This document shows positions 1 to 9,300 of a stretch of DNA of 64,000 nucleotides, one piece after another; position 1 is the stretch's first letter, and each line of letters starts with the position of its first letter. The stretch is from assembly GCA_028285625.1 (NCBI GenBank), contig JANQOX010000025.1, positions 206,461 through 270,460 on the forward strand, read 5' to 3'. Source of the DNA: Myxococcota bacterium (GTDB lineage Bacteria > Myxococcota_A > UBA9160 > UBA6930). A program made the translations under genes and the position numbers. The notes below the pieces were generated by a model. It ran no database searches. It worked only from the letters and a program-made list of their open reading frames with translations, and was not told the origin of the DNA.

Positions 1-489
1 ATCTCCGGCGGGTCGGCCGGGGGCTACACGGTGCTCTGCGCACTCACGTTTCGCGATGCGTTCGCGGTGGGCGCGAGCCGCTATGGCATCGGGGATCTCG
101 AGGCGCTGGCGCGTGACACGCACAAGTTCGAGTCACGCTACCTGGACGGCCTCGTCGGGGCCTGGCCCGAAGACAAGGCGCGTTACGTGGAGCGCTCGCC
201 GATCCACCACACGGCGGGGCTCTCGTGCCCGGTGATCTTCTTTCAGGGGGGCGAGGACCGCGTCGTGCCGCCGGCCCAGGCCGAAGCCATGGTCGCGGCG
301 TTGGCCGAGCGCGGCCTGCTGCACGCGTACGTGTTGTACCCGGACGAGGGCCACGGATTCCGACGCGCGGCCAACATCCAGCGGAGCCTCGAGGGCGAGC
401 TCTACTTCTACGGACGCGTGCTGGGGTTCGATCCGGGCGTCGATCCGGGGATCGAATTGTCGGGGGCGGCCTCTTCGTCCGCGTCGTAG
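1..489 (+). CDS. S9 family serine peptidase (prolyl oligopeptidase / acylaminoacyl-peptidase type), C-terminal catalytic part; 5' end outside window
   Basis: Frame 1 is open from base 1. Translation begins [12 protein letters not shown] (GxSxGG nucleophile elbow) and continues [14 protein letters not shown] ... YPDEGHGF, the usual S9 Asp/His context. Confidence 0.85.
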   Translation: MSGGSAGGYTVLCALTFRDAFAVGASRYGIGDLEALARDTHKFESRYLDGLVGAWPEDKARYVERSPIHHTAGLSCPVIFFQGGEDRVVPPAQAEAMVAALAERGLLHAYVLYPDEGHGFRRAANIQRSLEGELYFYGRVLGFDPGVDPGIELSGAASSSAS

Positions 490-1781
490 AGCGACACCAG
501 CCGTGCCACGAGGACGGCGGGGAAGAAGATGCCCAGTGAGGCCACGCCCGCCGCGAGCATGCGCGCAGGCTCGGTCACGGGCGTGATGTCGCCGTAGCCG
601 GTCGTGGTCAGGGTCATGAAGCTCAGATAGATGAGGTCCCACTCGTTCTGGCCGGTCGTGCCCGAGAGCGCACCCGGTTGCCACAACTCGATCAGCAGGA
701 AGGCGTTGGCGAACATCCAGCCGATCAGGAAGAAGGTCGCTGCTGCGGCCACCAGCGTCGATGAGGTGACCCGGCTGCCGCGGAACTCCCGGCTCGCGAT
801 GCCCAGGATCACGAGGCCGAGCAAGGTCACCTCGGCAGCGGCGCCCGTCGCGCGCACCGCCGTCGGAGCCGCCTCCCAGAGCGCCCCCGTCATCGCGGCG
901 AAGACCAACGCCAGGCCTGCGATGAGCGTGCCGCGCCCGCGGCGGACGGCCATGAGAGCCGCCACCAGCATGGCGCTCTCTGCCAGCGCCAGCAGCCGCC
1001 GTCCCTGACCCGTCTCGAAGGCTGCGCCGGCGACGACCGAGATCACGAGTGCCGCGAGGAGCCAGACCAGCGAGTTCCGGAGCGGGCTGGTGTCGCCGGG
1101 GCGGCGCTGCGGGAACCGGCCGCCCGCGGCGTAGAGCGACACGAGCCGCGCCACGACCATCGAGGGATACAGGATGCCCAGCATGCTCTCGAGAATGACC
1201 AGCGACCGGGCGAGGTCGGCCACGGGAACGATGTCGCCATAGCCCAGCGTCGTGAGCGTGACGAAGCTCATGTAGAGGAGCTCGGAACCGCGGTCGGCCG
1301 AATCCCCTCCGGACGAGAACGCCCCCGGAATGTAGAAGTCGACCAGCAGGAACAGCGTCGCGAACGCGGAAGCGAACAGCATCCAGGAGCACAGCGCGGC
1401 GACGACCGCGTCTTCGCCGATCCGCTCGAGCGTGCCGACGTAGCGAAGCACGTAGATCCCGCCCAGCGAGTAGAGCAGCGTGCGCGCGGCCAGGCCGACC
1501 GGCTCGGCCTCCGGAAGGCTCGGGATCCACAGGCTCGCGAAGGTCGGCAGTGCGAGGACCGCGCCCACGATGAACGCCACGCGCGAGCGGCTCACCGAGA
1601 CGAGGATGGCGATCAGGACGAAGCTCACCGCAAGCGAAGCCAGGGGCGTGGGCTCCGGGAGCAGACTGTCGAGCGAGGCCGCCGCGAGCAGGAAGGCGAG
1701 CGCCACGAAGAGCAGCCGGAAGCGGTAGGCCTCGAGGAGCGCCCAGCGCGATTCAGGACGATCGGGGCCGTGCTCGGTCAT
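408..1781 (-). CDS. Tandem two-pore-domain K+ channel-like membrane protein (two pore modules in one chain)
   Basis: 457 aa with two K+ selectivity filters: TLTTLGYGD (TLGYGD = nt 1233-1250) and TLTTTGYGD (TTGYGD = nt 588-605). Each is followed by a near-identical inner helix ([10 protein letters not shown] / [11 protein letters not shown]) and preceded by several hydrophobic helices. The 3' end overlaps the convergent S9 gene by 82 nt. Confidence 0.85.
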   Translation of the reverse strand: MTEHGPDRPESRWALLEAYRFRLLFVALAFLLAAASLDSLLPEPTPLASLAVSFVLIAILVSVSRSRVAFIVGAVLALPTFASLWIPSLPEAEPVGLAARTLLYSLGGIYVLRYVGTLERIGEDAVVAALCSWMLFASAFATLFLLVDFYIPGAFSSGGDSADRGSELLYMSFVTLTTLGYGDIVPVADLARSLVILESMLGILYPSMVVARLVSLYAAGGRFPQRRPGDTSPLRNSLVWLLAALVISVVAGAAFETGQGRRLLALAESAMLVAALMAVRRGRGTLIAGLALVFAAMTGALWEAAPTAVRATGAAAEVTLLGLVILGIASREFRGSRVTSSTLVAAAATFFLIGWMFANAFLLIELWQPGALSGTTGQNEWDLIYLSFMTLTTTGYGDITPVTEPARMLAAGVASLGIFFPAVLVARLVSLYDADEEAAPDNSIPGSTPGSNPSTRP

Positions 1782-1788
1782 GTCCGCC

Positions 1789-3255
1789 TCACTTGTTTGC
1801 TCCGGCCGGGGGTGCGTCCGAACGGTCCGCCGGCCTGGTCTTCACGGGGACGTAGGGCACCTCGACGGCGATCTTGACCAGCTGGCCTTCGTCGAGCATG
1901 GGGTCCCCCCGAAGGCCGTTCATCACCGCCGTGTGAAGCAGCGGCATGGCGTTCTGCGTGCGCCTCGACAGTCCCGAGAGCGTCTCGTTGCCCGTGGCAA
2001 CCGCGATACGCACGCGCTTCTCCTTGACCTTGGCGAGCAGCGCGGGGGTCATGGGCCGGAAGCTCCGCGCGACGTTCCTGAAGAGCGTCTCGAAGCGCGC
2101 CTTCGAAGCGATGCCGACCACCCGGAGGATCTGCCCGCGCCAGGGGATGAAGGTCACCACCATGGTGAGGGGCACGCCCTGGGCACGGACGCCGCCCACC
2201 ACCCGCCAGGCGTCGCGGCCGGCGAGGCGCACGGCCTCGCTGCGGTCGATGCGGACGTGGTGCTCGTGGTTCTCGCCGATCCACTTTTCCGCGGCCTGCG
2301 CGGCATTGTTGCCGGGTCCGCCGTGCTCGACGAACGACTGCGCATCCCGGGTGGGCGCGATCGCGCCCGCGGCGGCGGGTGTGTTGAGGGTGCTCCATCC
2401 GTCGGGAAAGCGGATCGTGAAGCCCATGTCGGGATGCAGAAAGCGCGTTCCGTCGAAGACGCCTTCTGCGCCGCTCTCGCCCACGACGAGGTTCTTCATG
2501 CGGCGCAGGTGATCGGCCGCGCTCGAACTCACGCCCGGCGTGCGCGTCCACTGGATGCTCCCGGCCCTCTGGCCGGCCTCGGCAGCGCGTTCGCGCGTGC
2601 CCGGATGGGTGGCATAGAAGGTCGTGACCCGGAACGTGCCGGTGGTGATGCGCTCGAGGCCGTCGAGCGCGCGGAGGAACCCGACGATGCCAGCGGGGTC
2701 GTAGCCGGAGACCGCCGCGAGCCCCTGACCCATGCGGTCGGCCGTTCGCTCGAGGTCGCGGCTGTAGGCGACCAGCCACGGCTGCTGGAGGAACTGCAGG
2801 AATCGCGACCGAGCGGCCACCTGCTGCTGCGCCGCGGCATGGCGCGAAGCCACGTGGGCAATCTCGTGGCCGATCACCCCGGCGAGTTCGTCCTCGGTGT
2901 TGGAAAACAGCAACGCCCCGCGGCTCAGGAAGATGAAGCCACCGGGAAGCGCGAATGCATTCGGCTCCTGCTGGTCGACGATGTGGAAGGTGTAGTCGAA
3001 CCGGTAGCCCGGAGCGTTGCGGGCCAGCCGCTGGCCGATCTCGTCGACGTAGGCGAGCAGGGCCTCGTCGGTCACCAGGCCGAGCTGCGGGGCCATCTCC
3101 TCGACGGCTTCCTCGCCGACCGCCTCGTCGACGTGGGGCGCCGTCAGATCCGGGGGGGGGCCCTTGCCGGCGGGGGGCCTGCCGCACGCCAAGGCGCCGG
3201 TCAAAGCCGTGACCACGAGCAGGGCGAGAGCGATCGGAGCGCGCGGCCGTTCCAT
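1789..3255 (-). CDS. M48 family zinc metallopeptidase lipoprotein (BepA/Ste24-like), paralog 1
   Basis: Lipobox LTGALAC, then EPNAFALPGGFIFLSRG and HEIAHVASRH (HExxH). It sits 8 nt upstream of the K+ channel gene on the same strand. Confidence 0.9.
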   Translation of the reverse strand: MERPRAPIALALLVVTALTGALACGRPPAGKGPPPDLTAPHVDEAVGEEAVEEMAPQLGLVTDEALLAYVDEIGQRLARNAPGYRFDYTFHIVDQQEPNAFALPGGFIFLSRGALLFSNTEDELAGVIGHEIAHVASRHAAAQQQVAARSRFLQFLQQPWLVAYSRDLERTADRMGQGLAAVSGYDPAGIVGFLRALDGLERITTGTFRVTTFYATHPGTRERAAEAGQRAGSIQWTRTPGVSSSAADHLRRMKNLVVGESGAEGVFDGTRFLHPDMGFTIRFPDGWSTLNTPAAAGAIAPTRDAQSFVEHGGPGNNAAQAAEKWIGENHEHHVRIDRSEAVRLAGRDAWRVVGGVRAQGVPLTMVVTFIPWRGQILRVVGIASKARFETLFRNVARSFRPMTPALLAKVKEKRVRIAVATGNETLSGLSRRTQNAMPLLHTAVMNGLRGDPMLDEGQLVKIAVEVPYVPVKTRPADRSDAPPAGANK

Positions 3256-3299
3256 CGGCCCCTGAACGGTACCAACTGGCGTGGTACCTTGCGGCCCCC

Positions 3300-4760
3300 G
3301 TGTTCGATGTCGCAGAGCTGGGCAGCAAGGTGTCGAAGGCGGAGTTCGAGGCCGCGGCCCCCGGGCTGCGCGTCGACCTGCTGAACGCGCAGTTCGACCT
3401 GGCCGGCGCCCCTTTCAGCGTCCTGGTCGTGCTGCTCGGAGACGATCTCCACGGCGTCGACGCGGTGCTCGACCGGCTCCACGAGTGGATGGATGCCCGC
3501 TACATCGACACGCACGTGCTGCTCGAAGCCGAGGACGATGCCGACCGGCCGCCGTTCTGGCGCTTCTGGCGGGCGCTGCCGCCCAGGGGGCGGGTCGGGC
3601 TGTACGTGGGTGGCTGGCCACTCGACGCGTTGAGCCGATGCCTCGGGAGCGACCCCGCCGATGAGGCGGGCTTTGCGCGCGATCTCGATCACCACGAGCG
3701 CTTCGAGGCGGCGCTCGCAGCCGACGGGACGCTGCTTCTGAAGTTCTGGATCCACCTGCCGGAGAAGGAGCACAAGAAGCGACTGAAGCGGCGCGCCAAA
3801 CGCAAACTCCAGCTCGAGGATGCAGACTGGGAGGTCACGCGGCGCTACGAAGACGTGACCCGGCTGGGGGAGAAGCTGATTCAGCGCACCAGCACGTCGC
3901 GCGCGCCCTGGCTCGTCATCGAAGGGACGGATGACCGGCATCGCGACCTGACCGCCGCCCGGGCCGTACGCGACGCGATCCGAGGGCGGCTCGAGGACGG
4001 GGGCGAGACCCAGGCGACGTCGACCGTCTCGGTGGCGTCCGCGCCCGACGCCTTGTCGCAGGTGGACCTCGCCTCCGAGTTGCCGCGAGACGAGTACAAG
4101 CAGCGCCGAGATGCGGCGCAGGAGGCGCTCTTCCAGCTGGCGATCCGGGCGCGTGAGACACGCCGGTCGCCGGTGCTGGTCTTCGAGGGCTGGGATGCAG
4201 CGGGCAAGGGCGGGTGCATCCGGCGCATCACCCAGGCCCTACACGTGCGGGACTATCGCGTCGTGCCGATCGCGGCACCCACCGATGAAGAGCTGGCGCG
4301 GCACTACCTCTGGCGCTTCTGGCGCCAGCTGCCGTTTCCGGGGCGGCTGATCCTCTTCGACCGAAGCTGGTACGGGCGCGTGCTCGTCGAGCGCGTAGAG
4401 GGCTTCGCACGAGAGGACGAATGGCGGCGGGCCTACGATGAGATCAACGACTTCGAGCAGCAGCTCGCCGACGCGGGCATGCCCGTCATCAAGTTCTGGC
4501 TGCACCTCGACCCCGACGAGCAGCTGAGACGGTTTCGCGAGCGCGAGGCCACGGCCTACAAGAAGTACAAGATCACCGAAGAGGACTACCGCAACCGGGA
4601 CCGCTGGGACGAGTACGTCCTGGCCGTGAACGAGATGGTCGCTCGCACCAGCACGCTCTCGGCTCCTTGGACCCTGGTGCCCGCCAACGACAAGAGGTTC
4701 GCGCGGGTGCAGGTGTTGGAGACCGTCTGCGAGCGATTGAAGGAGGCGATGGACTCGTGA
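3300..4760 (+). CDS. ppk2: Two-domain polyphosphate kinase 2 (PPK2; polyphosphate:nucleotide phosphotransferase)
   Basis: The C-terminal domain has VFEGWDAAGKGGCIRRI (Walker A), YLWRFWRQLP and FDRSWYGRVLVERVEGF. The N-terminal PPK2-like domain has a degenerate P-loop (LLGDDLHGVDA) but keeps FWRFWRALPPRG. Confidence 0.9.
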   Translation: MFDVAELGSKVSKAEFEAAAPGLRVDLLNAQFDLAGAPFSVLVVLLGDDLHGVDAVLDRLHEWMDARYIDTHVLLEAEDDADRPPFWRFWRALPPRGRVGLYVGGWPLDALSRCLGSDPADEAGFARDLDHHERFEAALAADGTLLLKFWIHLPEKEHKKRLKRRAKRKLQLEDADWEVTRRYEDVTRLGEKLIQRTSTSRAPWLVIEGTDDRHRDLTAARAVRDAIRGRLEDGGETQATSTVSVASAPDALSQVDLASELPRDEYKQRRDAAQEALFQLAIRARETRRSPVLVFEGWDAAGKGGCIRRITQALHVRDYRVVPIAAPTDEELARHYLWRFWRQLPFPGRLILFDRSWYGRVLVERVEGFAREDEWRRAYDEINDFEQQLADAGMPVIKFWLHLDPDEQLRRFREREATAYKKYKITEEDYRNRDRWDEYVLAVNEMVARTSTLSAPWTLVPANDKRFARVQVLETVCERLKEAMDS

Positions 4761-6265
4761 GCGATCATCCCAGCCACCTCGTGCAGAGCGGGCGCGGGAG
4801 CGCCGCTCGTGGGTGGTGGCCGGTCGTGCTCGGTGCCCTGGTGGCAATCGGGCTCGGCTGCTCGACCAATCCCGCCACGGGCAAGCGCGAGTTCGTCCTG
4901 ATGGGGTCCGATACCGAGGTGGCCATCGGGGAGGAAGAGGCCGTGCGCATCGCGCGCACCATGGGCTTCGCCGACCACCCCACGGTCGGCCCCTACGTGC
5001 GGGCCGTTGGGGAGCGCCTGGCGGCCGTGTCGCCCCGGCAGGATGTGCACCACACCTTCCACGTGGTCGATACGCCGGAGCCCAACGCGTTCGCCCTGCC
5101 CGGGGGGCCGATCTACGTGTCGCGGGGCCTGCTCGCCCTGTTGAACGACGAAGACGAGCTTGCCGGGGTGCTCGCCCACGAGATCGGCCACGTGGCGGCA
5201 CGTCACGCCGTCCAGCGGGCGACCGTGGCCACTCCCTTCGCGATCCTGGCGGGGCTTCCCGCGGCGCTGGTGGGGCGTGTGAGCCAGACGCTGGGCGCGA
5301 TCGTGGCCGCCCCCGGAGCGCTGGCCGGCAACGTGGTGCTCGCGCCGTTCGGCCGTGAGCAGGAGCTCGAAGCCGACCAGCTCGGGGTCGCCATTGCGGC
5401 GCGTGCCGGCTACGACCCGCGCGGGCTGGCGCGGGCGCTCGCGACGCTCGAGCGCGAGGATCGGCTGCGCCATGGCGAAGCGCGCAAGGCGGACTTCTTT
5501 GCCAGCCACCCCACGAACCCCGCCCGCATCAAGAACGTGACCGAGCTGGCTGCGACGCTCACTCCGGTGGCCGCCGACTCGTTCGCAGCCGGCCGCGCCG
5601 GCTACCTGGGCGAGGTCGAGGGCCTGCTGGTCGGGCCCAACCCCGACGCCGGGGTCTTCGTGGACGCGCTCTATGTCCATCCGGATCTGGGCTTCACCGT
5701 GCAGTTTCCCGCCGGCTGGACCACGGAGAACCTGCCGGACCGCGTCGTGGCGTACGACGCCGACAAACAGGGCAAGGTGTTCGCCATGCTCCAGATCGTG
5801 GGAGCAGGCGACGACCCCGCCGCGGGGCCCGAACTCGACGGCCTGGCCGAGTCGCTCCGGAGCGACGTGAAGCTCGCCCCCTCAGGCGAGCGCCCCGCCG
5901 CCCGCTTGTTCACCACGCACCGCGGCACCGCCTTCCACCTGACGTGGCTGGCCCACCGGGGCCAGGTGTATCGGCTCTCGTGCGTCTCTCCGCTCTCCAA
6001 CTTCGAACGCTACCGGGAAGCGTTCGGCCAGCTCGACCGGAGCTTCGCCGAGCTCGACGATGCGGTGTTGGCCCAGGTGCTCGAGGGGCGGCTGCGGTTG
6101 GTGGAGGCCGAAGGAGGCGAACGCCTGCCCGACCTGCTGACCCGCGCCGGGACCGACTGGCGTCCCGAGCTGATGGCGGCGGCCAACGGCCTGGAAGAGA
6201 CCCACCCGCGCCTGCCGGCGGGCTTCCCGGTGAAGATCGTCCGGATGGAGCCGTATTCGCGCTAG
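4757..6265 (+). CDS. M48 family zinc metallopeptidase lipoprotein, paralog 2
   Basis: GTG at 4757 overlaps the PPK2 stop (GTGA). Lipobox VAIGLGC, then EPNAFALPGGPIYVSRG and HEIGHVAARH. The C-terminal domain is colinear with paralog 1 (HPDLGFTVQFPAGW vs HPDMGFTIRFPDGW). The track ORF start at 4667 lies inside ppk2 and was rejected. Confidence 0.85.
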   Translation: MSDHPSHLVQSGRGSAARGWWPVVLGALVAIGLGCSTNPATGKREFVLMGSDTEVAIGEEEAVRIARTMGFADHPTVGPYVRAVGERLAAVSPRQDVHHTFHVVDTPEPNAFALPGGPIYVSRGLLALLNDEDELAGVLAHEIGHVAARHAVQRATVATPFAILAGLPAALVGRVSQTLGAIVAAPGALAGNVVLAPFGREQELEADQLGVAIAARAGYDPRGLARALATLEREDRLRHGEARKADFFASHPTNPARIKNVTELAATLTPVAADSFAAGRAGYLGEVEGLLVGPNPDAGVFVDALYVHPDLGFTVQFPAGWTTENLPDRVVAYDADKQGKVFAMLQIVGAGDDPAAGPELDGLAESLRSDVKLAPSGERPAARLFTTHRGTAFHLTWLAHRGQVYRLSCVSPLSNFERYREAFGQLDRSFAELDDAVLAQVLEGRLRLVEAEGGERLPDLLTRAGTDWRPELMAAANGLEETHPRLPAGFPVKIVRMEPYSR

Positions 6266-6290
6266 CGCCCGAGTGCAGAAGGGTGCGCGC

Positions 6291-6875
6291 TCAGCGGTCG
6301 CGAGGATCGAAGGGCACCGTCACGGACTCGTCCGGCGTGGCGGCCTCGAGGCGGCGCAACCGCGCCTCGTCGTCGAGGCTTCGGAGCAGCGCTTCGGTCT
6401 CTCCGCGGCCGGATCGCGTGTCGAGCTCGAGCGCCGCGGCCGGCTGGCTCCCGAACAGGACGCGACGCGTGGTCGGGCCCAGCGGGCGCCCCAGTCGCCG
6501 CTCGACCTCGGCCGCGTCGATCGATCGGCTGCGTGCGTCGAGGTCGTCCTCGCGATCGATGCGCCGCTCGAGGTCGCGGATGGCCTGCGGCGAGGGATTG
6601 CGGCGGACGGCCTCGTAGGCGCTCTGGCGATCGAGGGTGCGGCCGGCGGCCCGCACCCCGTCGCGCGCCTCGAGGTTGCGCGCGGCGGTCGACTGGTCGA
6701 GTTGCTGCTGCTGGCGGGCGCGGATCTCCGCGGGGTGGCCCGACGACCGCGGCATGCCGGGTCGCATCGTCCGGCCCGACGAGAAGGGGTCGGCCGCTGC
6801 GGCCGGCCCGAGCCCGAGCAACGCCAGCGCAAGGCCCCAAGGAAGGAGGCGGCCCGGTCGCGCGTGAGAAGCCAT
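6291..6875 (-). CDS. Secreted hypothetical protein (charged, coiled-coil-like)
   Basis: N-terminal signal peptide LLPWGLALALLGLGPAAAA. High GC3. No recognisable domain. Confidence 0.55.
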   Translation of the reverse strand: MASHARPGRLLPWGLALALLGLGPAAAADPFSSGRTMRPGMPRSSGHPAEIRARQQQQLDQSTAARNLEARDGVRAAGRTLDRQSAYEAVRRNPSPQAIRDLERRIDREDDLDARSRSIDAAEVERRLGRPLGPTTRRVLFGSQPAAALELDTRSGRGETEALLRSLDDEARLRRLEAATPDESVTVPFDPRDR

Positions 6876-6953
6876 GGATCGAGGCTAACGCTTGGCTCCG
6901 AGCGTGCCGCCGCCCGATCTCGCCGCCGGGTCCCAGGCGTTACCCTGCGGCTC

Positions 6954-7874
6954 GTGCTGCGCCGGTTCGTCCCGATCGCCGTGTTCGCCCTGGCTGCAGG
7001 CTGCGCCACGCCCGAGCCGCTGACGCAGCTGCACGCCTACGTCTGGGCCGCCCAAGAAGAGGTGCGTGTCTTCCTGTGCCGATGGCCCGATGGCGCGCGG
7101 GTCGGCGTGTCCCTGCCGCAGCAGGGGCCCGAAGCCATGCGCGAGGCCGCGGCCGCCGCCCTGGCCGCGTGGCAGCGGGTGGACCTGCCGATCGATCTCG
7201 TCGAAGAAGTGCCCGAGCGCGCGCAGATCGAGGTGCGGCTGGTAGACGGTGCCATCCGCCGGGACGACGGCCGCGCCGGCAGTGGCCGCGGTTTCGCCGA
7301 CTGCCGCGTCGGCGAGGGCGGCCCCGACCAGCTTCACGGAGCGCGCGTCGAAGTCGCCGTGCGCTCGGCTCCGGACGCGCGCGGCCACATCCACGAGCAC
7401 ACGCCCGAAGTCGTGGCCGGCACCGTGCTTCACGAACTCGGGCACGCGCTCGGCTACCAGGGTCACCCGCGCGGCGGGCGTGACGAGCCCATGGTTCGCG
7501 AGGCCGATGCACTGAGGCGACTGGGACGCCGCGTGCTGGCCGGCAAGCGCATCGACTCGCCCGAGGTTCGGGCGCTCTACGCGCGGCCGACCGGTGCGAC
7601 GCTCTTGCGGGCCCCGGTGTCGCGCTGGCGAACCGAGCCCGTGGACCAGCTCGCACCGCTCGCGCGTGCCGATGGGTTGGAGGGGCCGTTCGTGCGATCG
7701 GGCGACGCCTGGGGCCGCATCCTATGGCGCGGCGCCGCAGGACAGGAGCTCGGGATCTGGCTCCCCAACCTGCTCGAGGCCTACGATGACCCCACACGCA
7801 TCCTGCTGGTGCCCGACCCGGCGAGCCGCGAGCGCATCGAGCGCGGTGCCGGCCTGGGTTCAGCCGGGCCGTGA
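6954..7874 (+). CDS. Zinc metalloprotease lipoprotein (HExxH, metzincin-like)
   Basis: A GTG start at 6954 gives M-LRRFVPIAVFALAAGC (lipobox). Motif VLHELGHALGYQGH. The first ~227 codons of the track ORF (from 6273) are antisense to the previous gene and were rejected. Confidence 0.75.
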   Translation: MLRRFVPIAVFALAAGCATPEPLTQLHAYVWAAQEEVRVFLCRWPDGARVGVSLPQQGPEAMREAAAAALAAWQRVDLPIDLVEEVPERAQIEVRLVDGAIRRDDGRAGSGRGFADCRVGEGGPDQLHGARVEVAVRSAPDARGHIHEHTPEVVAGTVLHELGHALGYQGHPRGGRDEPMVREADALRRLGRRVLAGKRIDSPEVRALYARPTGATLLRAPVSRWRTEPVDQLAPLARADGLEGPFVRSGDAWGRILWRGAAGQELGIWLPNLLEAYDDPTRILLVPDPASRERIERGAGLGSAGP

Positions 7875-9296
7875 CCGCCCGATCTCGGCCTCGACGACGG
7901 CGATGCGCTGCCGCCAGAGGGGCTCCTGCGGAGCGAGCGCGGAGGCCTTCTCGAGGTGCTCCGATGCGCGCTCGAGCTCGGGGGGGCTCTTCTTGAACAG
8001 GCACCAGCCGAGGGCGCCCTGGTAGTCGGCCTCTTCGGGCCAGAGCTCGACCGAGGGCTCCAGGAACTCGACGGCACCGAGAAAGTTGCCGGCCTTCATC
8101 AGGATCTCGGCCTTGCGGTAGAGCATCTCCGCCTGCGCGATGCGATCCGCATCCTCGACGGCATGGCCTTCGAGGGTCGCATCGTAGTCGCGTCGGGCGT
8201 CCGGGTCCGAGAGTGTGGTGTGTGCGCGTGTGATCTGGGCGAACACCTCGGTGGCGGCTTCCTTCACCTGGTGGAGCCCCTTCTGGGCGATCGCGTCGGG
8301 GTGGAGCCGCTTGGCGAGCTTCAGGTAGGCGCGCTTGATCTTGCCGGGAGGAACGTCGCGCGCCACGCCGAGCAGCTCGTAGTGGTCGATCTCCGAGAGT
8401 CGCGCGAGCAGTCCCTCGACCTCTTCGCGTAGCTTGCGCTGTGCGGGGTCTTCGTGGTCGGGGTCCGCCTCCTCGGTCCGGGCCCGGGTCTGCGCGGCCG
8501 CAGCGCCGTCGGCGCCGCCCGCGACGGCGATCTCGATCTCGGGCAGGAGCGCCAGCTCCTCCTCCGGCTCGGCCTCGACGGGCTCGAGTGTGGGGTCGGC
8601 CTCGCGGGGTGTCGCCTGCCAGGCGAGCAGGCCGAGCTGGTCGTAGACCACCAGCGCGGCGCCGGCGCGGGCCGCGTGCTCGCCCTTGACCATCGCGAAC
8701 GTGGCCATGCGGCCGTTCAACATGGCCCGGAGCGCATCGAGGTCCGGGGTGGCGGGCAGGAGTTTCTCCAGTGCGCCGGGATCGTCCGCGGGCTCCGGGA
8801 ACGCGCTCACCTTGTCGCCGAGCAGATCGAGCAGTTCGTGGGGTCGCCACCGGGCGAGCGTCTCGAAGGCCACGCCCGCGGGCTCGACCCCCACCAGCGG
8901 AACGTCCTCGCCCCCGGCGGCCGGCTCGAGCGAGAAGCTGCCCATCGTGAAGCCGCACAGCGACTGCAGGCAGGCCTGGGTGGCGGCCCGGATGCCGCCC
9001 ACGAGATCGCGCGGCGAGAGCTTGCGAAGCTGCGCGATCGCCTTGAGCTCGCCGTCGCCTGCGGCGCAGCGCGCCTTGATGCGGCCGAGGTCGGCTTCGT
9101 CCAGCAGGCCCTGGGTCACCAGCCGCTCTGCGAGCCCGTCTTCGGGTCGGCTCGACTCCGCGCGCAGCGCCATGCCCGACTCGAGGCTGATTCGCAGGCG
9201 CAAGGCACCCTGGGACACGGCAAGCACGCCGCTGAACCGCTCTCGCCGCAGACCGAGGATCAACAGCGGCGCAGGGGTCTTGGCCAGGTCACCCAT
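7860..9296 (-). CDS. DUF4388-like N-domain / J-domain / TPR protein (DnaJ-class co-chaperone)
   Basis: J domain DHYELLGVARDVPPGKIKRAYLKLAKRLHPD with an HPD motif. The C-terminus is TPR-like (AEILMKAGNFLGAVEFLEPSVELWPEEADYQGALGWCLFK). The N-terminus LLILGLRRERFSGVLAVSQG is typical of DUF4388. Confidence 0.85.
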   Translation of the reverse strand: MGDLAKTPAPLLILGLRRERFSGVLAVSQGALRLRISLESGMALRAESSRPEDGLAERLVTQGLLDEADLGRIKARCAAGDGELKAIAQLRKLSPRDLVGGIRAATQACLQSLCGFTMGSFSLEPAAGGEDVPLVGVEPAGVAFETLARWRPHELLDLLGDKVSAFPEPADDPGALEKLLPATPDLDALRAMLNGRMATFAMVKGEHAARAGAALVVYDQLGLLAWQATPREADPTLEPVEAEPEEELALLPEIEIAVAGGADGAAAAQTRARTEEADPDHEDPAQRKLREEVEGLLARLSEIDHYELLGVARDVPPGKIKRAYLKLAKRLHPDAIAQKGLHQVKEAATEVFAQITRAHTTLSDPDARRDYDATLEGHAVEDADRIAQAEMLYRKAEILMKAGNFLGAVEFLEPSVELWPEEADYQGALGWCLFKKSPPELERASEHLEKASALAPQEPLWRQRIAVVEAEIGRSRPG

Positions 9297-9300
9297 GGGG

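Noticed and set aside
408-489. The 82-nt convergent overlap of the S9 peptidase and K+ channel 3' ends as a sign of mis-annotation.
   Set aside because: Both stop codons are fixed by frames with strong motifs up to near the ends. The tails (GAASSSAS; [13 protein letters not shown]) are low-complexity, so the overlap is plausible and needs no special mechanism.
6940-8958. 672-aa minus-strand ORF. Similar very long ORFs include 133-1530(-), 1778-3328(-), 23150-25234(-), 29673-31673(+), 39002-41353(+), 45799-48237(+), 53553-55604(+) and 35344-37254(+).
   Set aside because: Their translations are Arg/Pro/Gly/Ala-rich, low-complexity and without motifs. They lie antisense or out of frame to genes with strong family signatures. 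These are the typical shadow ORFs of ~70% GC DNA.
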